The notes under the pieces were generated by a model. The model did not search any database. It was not told the DNA's origin and saw only the letters and a list, made by a program, of their open reading frames with translations. Of a stretch of DNA of 64,000 nt, positions 57,650 through 64,000 are shown piece after piece. The DNA lies in contig PHAO01000001.1 of assembly GCA_002840365.1 (NCBI GenBank), positions 524,360 to 588,359 on the forward strand, written 5' to 3'. How positions within the stretch are numbered: the first letter of the stretch is position 1; each line of letters starts with the position of its first letter. A program made the position numbers and the translations under genes. This stretch comes from Candidatus Dojkabacteria bacterium HGW-Dojkabacteria-1 (GTDB taxonomy: Bacteria; Patescibacteriota; Dojkabacteria; SC72).

Positions 57650-58036
57650 TTAACCTAGGAATTTATCTAATTCCTTCATTAATCCCTCATAGTCTAGGTC
57701 TGTCTTTACAAGATATGAGGATGCTCCAATGTTAAAGGCTTCTTTTACTACTGATTCACTGGTCATATTGGTAAGAATAATGATTGGCATTGTACCGTAT
57801 TTTTCTTCATTCCCTTTAACTGTTTTTAGCACTTCCAAACCATCTACTCCTGGCATCATAAGGTCGAGTAGAACAAGATCTATCTGTCCTACGTTATTAG
57901 CCAATATATCCAATCCTTGATATCCATCAAGCGCTTTTAATGGTGTAAAACCAGCTGCTTGTACCAACTCTGCATATGAATCTAGTAAGGGAGCCTCATC
58001 CTCAACTATTAAAATCTTTCTAACTTGATCAGCCAT
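57650..58036 (-). CDS. Single-domain response regulator (CheY-like receiver), similar to PilH/PilG
   Basis: The receiver motifs are 'KILIVEDEAPLL', 'DLVLLDLMMPGVDG', 'IIILTNMTSES' and '...SSYLVK'. The gene is embedded in the pilus locus. Confidence 0.8.
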   Translation of the reverse strand: MADQVRKILIVEDEAPLLDSYAELVQAAGFTPLKALDGYQGLDILANNVGQIDLVLLDLMMPGVDGLEVLKTVKGNEEKYGTMPIIILTNMTSESVVKEAFNIGASSYLVKTDLDYEGLMKELDKFLG

Positions 58037-58053
58037 TTCTATATTTATTTAAA

Positions 58054-59031
58054 TTAATTATTTGGTCTTAGTGTACCTATATTGTAAATAGTATAGTCGA
58101 AAAGAGATGAGTATCCAAGGCTATCTACACCTGGAACCATAATTTGTTTCTCTCTAAAGGAACCATAACAGTTAACTGCGGCATTCACTTTCATATATGT
58201 AAATTTCTTTGCTGAACAAATAGGATTTGTTGGGAAGCTATGTGCAACACCTAATGTAAGATTTAATGGAATTATCCTTATTTGATACAAAGGATATCCA
58301 CCCCTAGATCTATTAAGATTAATTGTTAATTTTTTCCCCGCTTCAAGTCCATTAAAAGAACCTATTGGTGCAGCAATACCAGTTAGATCGCCAGCACTAC
58401 AGGAATCCCCATTTGGTTTAAAACAGTACGCCTTTATATCGTCTGTTGTTCCGTCATTTTGATATTCTGCAATTTCATCACTGCTATTTCCATATATTTC
58501 CTTTATTGCAAATATTGTTGGTGCATTATCCCTTGCTTCGAATTGTAAAACCATATTACATGGGTTTACAGTATATGAATTATCTTTTAAATTGAACACT
58601 CTCGTTGATCCTACTCTTACATCTACAAAATCAGTTGGTTCAGCTTCTGCTATTGTTAATTTCAAATTTGAACTTGGGTTGTTCTCAATATGATACTGAC
58701 ACCAATTTTGTTGTTCTAAAATACTAGAATCGACTCCATATTCATCTAATATTGATTTAATATCTGCAATACTTGTGTATTCTTTTGTTCCCTCTTGTTG
58801 AACTTTTACCGATAAATCTTGAAGGAATTGAAACTCTGCTCTGACAAACAAGTCTAGTAGACTATCTGCTTGCTCAATTGCCATCATAGAATCTTTGGTA
58901 TTTATAGCAGCTTCTTTGTTTTTTAATGTTCTTGAATACAAAGATGCCCCCAGTACAGTAGCTACAACAAGTATAACCATAATAATAGCGATAGCTTGTG
59001 CAGGATACATTCTTTTAAAACTATTTCCCAT
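58054..59031 (-). CDS. Hypothetical membrane-anchored protein, possibly an atypical minor pilin
   Basis: The N-terminus 'RMYPAQAIAIIMVILVVATVLGA' is hydrophobic but lacks the G-F-x-x-x-E prepilin signature. Confidence 0.3.
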   Translation of the reverse strand: MGNSFKRMYPAQAIAIIMVILVVATVLGASLYSRTLKNKEAAINTKDSMMAIEQADSLLDLFVRAEFQFLQDLSVKVQQEGTKEYTSIADIKSILDEYGVDSSILEQQNWCQYHIENNPSSNLKLTIAEAEPTDFVDVRVGSTRVFNLKDNSYTVNPCNMVLQFEARDNAPTIFAIKEIYGNSSDEIAEYQNDGTTDDIKAYCFKPNGDSCSAGDLTGIAAPIGSFNGLEAGKKLTINLNRSRGGYPLYQIRIIPLNLTLGVAHSFPTNPICSAKKFTYMKVNAAVNCYGSFREKQIMVPGVDSLGYSSLFDYTIYNIGTLRPNN

Positions 59032-59051
59032 ATATAAAAATTAACAATTAA

Positions 59052-59750
59052 CTAATACCAAGTCAAACCCTGCGATGAAACAGTAATTTGCCTTGTTATT
59101 TCTTTATTAACAGGGACACTAAACCCTGTAGGCCAATTTACGGGTGTAACGACAGAATTGATTATAAACATGTTGTCAGCGTCATCTCCAACAACTAGAT
59201 ACTCTACACTGAAATCCACAACATTGACTGTATAACTGTGTAGTACTGCTACATATGAATTTGCTCTTTCTGAGTTAAAACATTCATAAGGGTCACTCAT
59301 ATTGTAATTTGTTGTTTTCAATAGGTATCCAATCGTTGGATCATCTTTGTCTTTAAAAAAACCTATACAACTCCAAACATTGTAGCCATATGATCTAACA
59401 TGCATTTCATTTGCTGGAGTACCAATTAAGAGAGTAGGGTTATCATATACATTTCCTACACTTTGTATATCCTCGACTTTCATTGTTTCCTTATTGAACG
59501 CTCTTACTGTATTTGAATTGTATAAGGTTATATCACCGACATTAGAATTTCCAAGAGATCTGTTCATGAGTTCCATCATGAAGTTAACATCATTTCTTGC
59601 TTGATTTTTGTTATTTGCAACAAGAGATACTTTTATCAATGTTGTTAATGTTGTAGCAACAAGTAAGGTAATAATTCCTAAGATTGCTATTGTTAGCAAC
59701 ATCTCAACCAAGCTAAATCCTTCGTATTTTTTATTTTTTGTAAGAATCAT
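59052..59750 (-). CDS. Type IV pilin-like protein
   Basis: The N-terminus is 'YEGFSLVEMLLTIAILGIITLLV' (G|FSLVE). Confidence 0.6.
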   Translation of the reverse strand: MILTKNKKYEGFSLVEMLLTIAILGIITLLVATTLTTLIKVSLVANNKNQARNDVNFMMELMNRSLGNSNVGDITLYNSNTVRAFNKETMKVEDIQSVGNVYDNPTLLIGTPANEMHVRSYGYNVWSCIGFFKDKDDPTIGYLLKTTNYNMSDPYECFNSERANSYVAVLHSYTVNVVDFSVEYLVVGDDADNMFIINSVVTPVNWPTGFSVPVNKEITRQITVSSQGLTWY

Positions 59751-60292
59751 AGATTTATTATCGCAAAGTATTGATAGTCCCTAATATCAGTAGTAGTACT
59801 AAACATTCCTTCTACTTTGTTGAATCCTACTATAACTTTTATTAACATTTTTTTGGTCCCACTCGGTTGGTTAGAAGCTATACAGATTATCCTAAAGTAA
59901 TCTTCTTCGTTATCATTAACACCATCATCAATTACCGCATCTACTTTGTATGTCTCTCTTTCACCAATTTGATATGATTGAGTTTTATCTATTTCATAGT
60001 TATCCTCTGATTTTCTTAATATGTAGCATCTATCTTTTTGAAGCTGAGTCGGTGCAAAATACTCACTATCTTCCTTTAGCCTTTCTCTATTTGCAATATT
60101 CTGAACAATTACTGCAGCAGATCTTGCTTGATGAGCCTGTGCGTCTTCAATATCTAGTCTTACTAATTCTCTCATAGCTACAACTGAGATATTAATTAGT
60201 ACTGTAGCAACGATACCGGAAACCATAATGGCGATTAGCGCTTCTACAAATCCTAAAGCTTCATATTTTGTATTTAGTTCTACTTTTTTCAT
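59747..60292 (-). CDS. Type IV pilin-like protein with an atypical cleavage region
   Basis: The N-terminus is 'KYEALGFVEALIAIMVSGIVATVLI'. Glu is at +5 if cleavage follows the Ala. The gene overlaps its neighbours by 4 nt. Confidence 0.45.
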   Translation of the reverse strand: MKKVELNTKYEALGFVEALIAIMVSGIVATVLINISVVAMRELVRLDIEDAQAHQARSAAVIVQNIANRERLKEDSEYFAPTQLQKDRCYILRKSEDNYEIDKTQSYQIGERETYKVDAVIDDGVNDNEEDYFRIICIASNQPSGTKKMLIKVIVGFNKVEGMFSTTTDIRDYQYFAIINL

Positions 60293-61029
60293 CTTTCTTC
60301 AATATCATGAGATACTGCACCAGAGAGAGGATATACTTTAATTACATCCGCTATCATTCCTCTATTTCTTAATATTTCTACTGCAAATAGCTTGTTGGGT
60401 ATATATACACCGTTTGGACTATAGCTAACAGGCATACCATCACTATCATACAGAAAGACTCTACCAGTTACTGTTTCAAAAACTATATATGAAGCATCTC
60501 CGATAAGGGCGATATTAAATCCTGCATGTATTTTACCCTCTTCTATACCTGGCATAATCGTTAGGTATGAAGAGATTGGAATATCAGGAAATCCAGCATT
60601 TCTATTACAAAGACTACTTGGCTCCCACTCATCTAGTGGTAATTTGGCATTGGGTCCATATGGAGTAGGGACTCCGATAATCTGTCCTGAGTCATATGCA
60701 AGGATTTCAGATCTTGTCCTTATATCCCCATATGCTGTAAATGGAGAACACCATTTAAAGAAAGTGTATTTGCCATCAGAGATTTCTGTAAAATCAATAC
60801 CTATACCATATATCCATCCTTCACCATCTCTCTTTTCTAAAAGCATTGCCTTTTGTTGTACCAATTGTAAATCCTGCTTTATTTCTTCAATGTTCTGTTT
60901 TACTAGAACAGAATCCCTCAATCCACTAAAGGAATATGCACCAATACCTCCTAATATGATTACTATCATGAGAACAACCAAGACCTCGGCGAGAGTATAG
61001 CCTTGATACTGGGCAGACTTTTTTCTCAT
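60289..61029 (-). CDS. Type IV pilin-like protein
   Basis: The N-terminus is 'YQGYTLAEVLVVLMIVIILGGIGA' (G|YTLAE). Confidence 0.6.
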   Translation of the reverse strand: MRKKSAQYQGYTLAEVLVVLMIVIILGGIGAYSFSGLRDSVLVKQNIEEIKQDLQLVQQKAMLLEKRDGEGWIYGIGIDFTEISDGKYTFFKWCSPFTAYGDIRTRSEILAYDSGQIIGVPTPYGPNAKLPLDEWEPSSLCNRNAGFPDIPISSYLTIMPGIEEGKIHAGFNIALIGDASYIVFETVTGRVFLYDSDGMPVSYSPNGVYIPNKLFAVEILRNRGMIADVIKVYPLSGAVSHDIEER

Positions 61030-61076
61030 CTTATACTGTTTATAACTAAGTTACATACAGATTAACAAAAAATGTG

Positions 61077-61646
61077 TTACTTGTTAACAGCAAAACCTCT
61101 CTTTAAATACCAGTCAGAAGCATCAAAGCCCCTGATTATATTAACATCGGCAACATCCCCACTGTTTACTGATCCAACATACTTTTTCTTTATCGGATTT
61201 CCTACAGGTTGATTACCAATTCCATCACCAGTACAGTAGTGTCCTTTATTATTCTCATCATCTATACCACCCAAAGATACACATACAACAACAAATTGAG
61301 CGGAGATTGGTTCTACATAGTAATAGTAGGTCGCGTCTGTACCACCATCGAATACATCTTTTTCAAAATACCCTTTTATGGCTGGAATTGTTCCTTTGAA
61401 TCCCAAGGCTTCTGCAAAAAATTGTTCCTGAATACAGCCCGAACAACTCCCCATTCTTGGGTATTCCTTATTATCCAACTTGTATTTGACTAGTGCATTG
61501 TATAGCTGTTCTGCTGCATCTTGATGTTGTATTCTATCTGCCCTCTCTAATGCATATCTTCCAACAGCAATCCCTATTGCCATGAGAATAATTAAGATCC
61601 CCATTACAATCAATACTTCAATCAATGTAAAACCTTTGTATCTCAT
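61077..61646 (-). CDS. Type IV pilin (189 aa), paralog of 62481..63050
   Basis: The N-terminus is 'YKGFTLIEVLIVMGILIILMAIGIA' (G|FTLIE). It shares the block 'GGTDATYYYYVEP...VVVCVSLGG' with the paralog. Confidence 0.7.
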   Translation of the reverse strand: MRYKGFTLIEVLIVMGILIILMAIGIAVGRYALERADRIQHQDAAEQLYNALVKYKLDNKEYPRMGSCSGCIQEQFFAEALGFKGTIPAIKGYFEKDVFDGGTDATYYYYVEPISAQFVVVCVSLGGIDDENNKGHYCTGDGIGNQPVGNPIKKKYVGSVNSGDVADVNIIRGFDASDWYLKRGFAVNK

Positions 61647-62407
61647 ATAAATAGAATTTTTTCTAAGATAAGGAATAATTGCTCTTTAAATATTAACACT
61701 AATGAGAAGGAAATGAACATAAGGGGAAGTAGGGGTATAGAGGTTCTTATAGTGGCTTTCTTAAGAGCTATTAAAATTAAAGAATATATTAGAGCTATAA
61801 ATAGGAATACATACAAGAAGGAAAGGTAGAAGGGTAGAGAAAGTAAAAAGCCAAGAGAAAACATTACAAGAAGATCTCCTAAGCCAAATTTTTTCTTAAG
61901 AGTCTTACTCAGGAGAAAAACAAAAGATGCAAAAATTGTTGCAAATATAATTGAATTCTCCTGTATTTCTTTATAAACAACTGTATATATTACAAAAGAT
62001 ACAAAAGAGTATAGTAGGAATATATGTACAATATCTTTTGGAATTCCTTTGTATATCCTGTCAAAATATGACATAGAAAAGAAAAATAGTATCAATATGT
62101 AGAAGGTAATAGGAAGAGAGAAATAGTAAATTGAAGCGATAGATAGTCCTAGGAAAAATTCTGTAATAGGGTAATAAAGTGGTACTTTGTAACCACATTG
62201 GGTGCATTTTGCCTTAAATATGAAAAAGGAGAGTATTGGTATTAGTTCATACCAATGTAGCTGTTTATTACATTTTTCACAATGAGAACCCTTTAAAAAT
62301 ATCTCTGGATATTTATATCCGTTATCTATTCTATATAGTAGGGCATTCAAAAAACTCGCTACTGCTAATCCAAGAAAAAATATTACAACTGTTATATATA
62401 AATGCAT
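61643..62407 (-). CDS. pilD: Type IV prepilin peptidase with an N-terminal zinc-binding domain
   Basis: The N-domain is 'SFLNALLYRI...SHCEKCNKQLHWYELIPILSF..KCTQCGYKV'. The C-terminus is polytopic and carries 'GLGD'. Confidence 0.65.
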   Translation of the reverse strand: MHLYITVVIFFLGLAVASFLNALLYRIDNGYKYPEIFLKGSHCEKCNKQLHWYELIPILSFFIFKAKCTQCGYKVPLYYPITEFFLGLSIASIYYFSLPITFYILILFFFSMSYFDRIYKGIPKDIVHIFLLYSFVSFVIYTVVYKEIQENSIIFATIFASFVFLLSKTLKKKFGLGDLLVMFSLGFLLSLPFYLSFLYVFLFIALIYSLILIALKKATIRTSIPLLPLMFISFSLVLIFKEQLFLILEKILFI

Positions 62408-62480
62408 ACTCCATTATATATATAACTCTCTAAAAGAAAACCCCCTCAAAGGAGGGGGTTAAGATTACTAAGAAATCAGC

Positions 62481-63050
62481 TTAGGATGGTGCGCTCCATG
62501 ATTTTGAGCTACCTACCCAGTTTTGAGTAAGTGACCAACTTCCCACAGCTCCTGGATTGTCATGATTCAAGGTAGTACTATTTTCAACATCTTTTGTTGT
62601 GATGGAACCTGGTCCTGAAGCAGCTAATCCAAATGCATTTCCTGTACAGTAGAAGCCTCTTCTAGTCGCATCAGCATGTCCACCTTTTGATACACAAATC
62701 ATTACTTCCTGTTGCCTATTAGGTTCTACATAGTAATAGAAGGTTGCATCTGTTCCACCAGTAAATTCACCGTCTCCCATATATGTATTTATACAGTTAA
62801 GGGATGGTCCTGGAGTACAGTTTCTTGCCATCGAGTCACCAAAGCTTGCAATAGTAGGGAACTCTCTATTATCTGTATAGTATGCTTGGAGTGCAGTATA
62901 TATCTGGTCCGCAGCATTTTGATGTGCTACATCATTAGCTCTATTGATAGCAAATCTACCTGCAGTAATACCTACAGCCATAAGGATTATAAGGATACCC
63001 ATGACGATAAGCATTTCTACGAGTGTAAATGCTGAATATTTTCTATCCAT
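62481..63050 (-). CDS. Type IV pilin (189 aa), paralog of 61077..61646
   Basis: The N-terminus is 'KYSAFTLVEMLIVMGILIILMAVGI' (A|FTLVE). It shares the block 'GGTDATFYYYVEP..VMICVSKGG' with the paralog. Confidence 0.7.
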   Translation of the reverse strand: MDRKYSAFTLVEMLIVMGILIILMAVGITAGRFAINRANDVAHQNAADQIYTALQAYYTDNREFPTIASFGDSMARNCTPGPSLNCINTYMGDGEFTGGTDATFYYYVEPNRQQEVMICVSKGGHADATRRGFYCTGNAFGLAASGPGSITTKDVENSTTLNHDNPGAVGSWSLTQNWVGSSKSWSAPS

Positions 63051-63109
63051 ATTAGGTTAAAAAGTATAAATAATTTATATAAATTAAATGTAATTTATCT
63101 AAATAAAAA

Positions 63110-64000
63110 TTACACAATGGTTGTAACAATGTCAACAACCATTGTCATAACATCTGACAATTGGAACATAGGCATATATACTGCGAGAGCTATAAATGCG
63201 ATAACTAGTCCCATTACTATAAGAAATACTGGTTCTAATGTAGTAGACATATTTGATGTTGCAACATCTACTTCATCTTTGTAATATTCTGCTACTTTGT
63301 TTAATACATTGTCTAACTCTCCTGTTTCTTCTCCTACTGCAATCATGCTACTTACAATTAATGGAAAGTACTCACTTCTTGCAACTGGTATCGCAAGGGA
63401 GCCTCCTTTCTCTACATCATTTCTAGATTCTAGTACTACTTCTTTAAACATTTGATTGCTTAAAGATTGGGCTGTTAATTCTAGCGCTCTAATAATTGAC
63501 AGACCACTACTTAGAAGTAGGGCAAGTATTCTTGTAAATTGTGCTAATTGCATCTTTGTAACAATATTTCCTACAATCGGTAGCTTAAGCATTACTTTGT
63601 CTTTGTTTCTTTTACCTGTTGGTGTATCAAAGTATGCTTTACCACCGAAGATAAGGATTGCAATAATTAGTAGTAATGCCCACCAATATGCAAGCGTGAA
63701 GTTACTAAGATTTATAAGAAATGTTGTTACCCAAGGAAGATCTGCTCCGAATTCAGAATATATTTCTGCCATTGATGGTACAAGAACAAACATGAGTAAT
63801 GCTACAACTGCAACAATAACTACTAAGATAATAACTGGGTATATTAGGGCTCCCCTAAGTTTGTCATTCAATTTTTTACTCTCTTCTAATTCCACTGCTA
63901 ATTTTGTAAGAATTATATCTAAATTACCACTAGATTCTCCCGCTTCAATAAGGTTTAAAGTAATGTCATCAAAGACTTCACCTGCTTGTCTGAAAGAATC
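63110..64000 (-). CDS. pilC: Type IV pilus / T2SS platform protein (GspF/PilC family). It is 5'-truncated by the window edge. The tracker's Met at 63895 is a GTG inside an open frame.
   Basis: The frame stays open up to position 64000. The upstream translation '...FRQAGEVFDDITLNLIEAGESSGNLDIILTKLAVELEESKK' is a GspF signature. Downstream the protein has 3 TM and 'AVGEETGELDNVLNKVAEYY'. Confidence 0.75.
   Translation of the reverse strand, partial: DSFRQAGEVFDDITLNLIEAGESSGNLDIILTKLAVELEESKKLNDKLRGALIYPVIILVVIVAVVALLMFVLVPSMAEIYSEFGADLPWVTTFLINLSNFTLAYWWALLLIIAILIFGGKAYFDTPTGKRNKDKVMLKLPIVGNIVTKMQLAQFTRILALLLSSGLSIIRALELTAQSLSNQMFKEVVLESRNDVEKGGSLAIPVARSEYFPLIVSSMIAVGEETGELDNVLNKVAEYYKDEVDVATSNMSTTLEPVFLIVMGLVIAFIALAVYMPMFQLSDVMTMVVDIVTTIV

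Noticed and set aside
1-64000. Possible alternative genetic code with UGA as a sense codon, as in some CPR lineages
   Set aside because: Long housekeeping genes (thrS, pheT, mutS, PBP1A, Clp ATPase) are intact under the standard code. TGA is used as a genuine stop for the minus-strand genes at 30002 and 30376. The single in-frame TGA is confined to the foreign MazG-like cassette.
1-64000. CRISPR arrays, rRNA genes, transposase or integrase genes
   Set aside because: No regularly spaced short repeats, no rRNA-like conserved stretches and no recombinase-like ORFs were seen anywhere in the window.

Overview
This is a low-GC window (roughly one-third G+C) with tightly packed genes, and it reads like a Patescibacteria/CPR-type or similarly reduced, monoderm-like genome. 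The backbone is translation and housekeeping. One block is rsmD, thrS, infC, rpmI, rplT, pheS, pheT. Nearby are hisS, mutS, tig and clpP, and a second block is rpmF, nusB, rnc, rpsP and a KH-domain protein. There is also a PBP1A, a Dus, a Clp/Hsp100 ATPase, a sensor histidine kinase and a tRNA-Val(GAC). TAA and TAG stops dominate, and TGA is also used as a stop, so the standard genetic code applies. Two type IV pilus/competence-like loci lie on the minus strand. The first, at 29.4-36.2 kb, is complete: pilD, minor pilins, pilC, pilB and a major pilin. The second runs from 46.9 kb to the window edge at 64 kb. It holds pilO, pilN and pilM, two giant Cys-rich secreted paralogs, a CheY-like receiver, about six pilins, a second pilD and a pilC truncated by the window end. 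The four most unusual items are as follows. (1) A radical-SAM/SPASM enzyme with an RRE-like N-terminus is followed by a 25-aa Cys-containing micro-ORF with a perfect AGGAGG ribosome-binding site. Together with an RNA methyltransferase, it is inserted into the otherwise conserved rplT-pheS junction. (2) Downstream of tRNA-Val there is a mini-cassette array delimited by three copies of a 37-nt direct repeat that carries the tRNA 3' end. It contains a MazG-like ORF interrupted by TGA, a GC-rich foreign-looking segment, a UDG-family gene and hypothetical ORFs, and no integrase is visible. (3) A sortase lies next to a divergent candidate substrate whose C-terminal sorting signal has the non-canonical motif IPQASG. 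(4) A PEP-synthase-like enzyme has Asp in place of its catalytic phospho-histidine. All calls come from motif-level reading of the translated ORFs and the raw sequence. No database searches were run.
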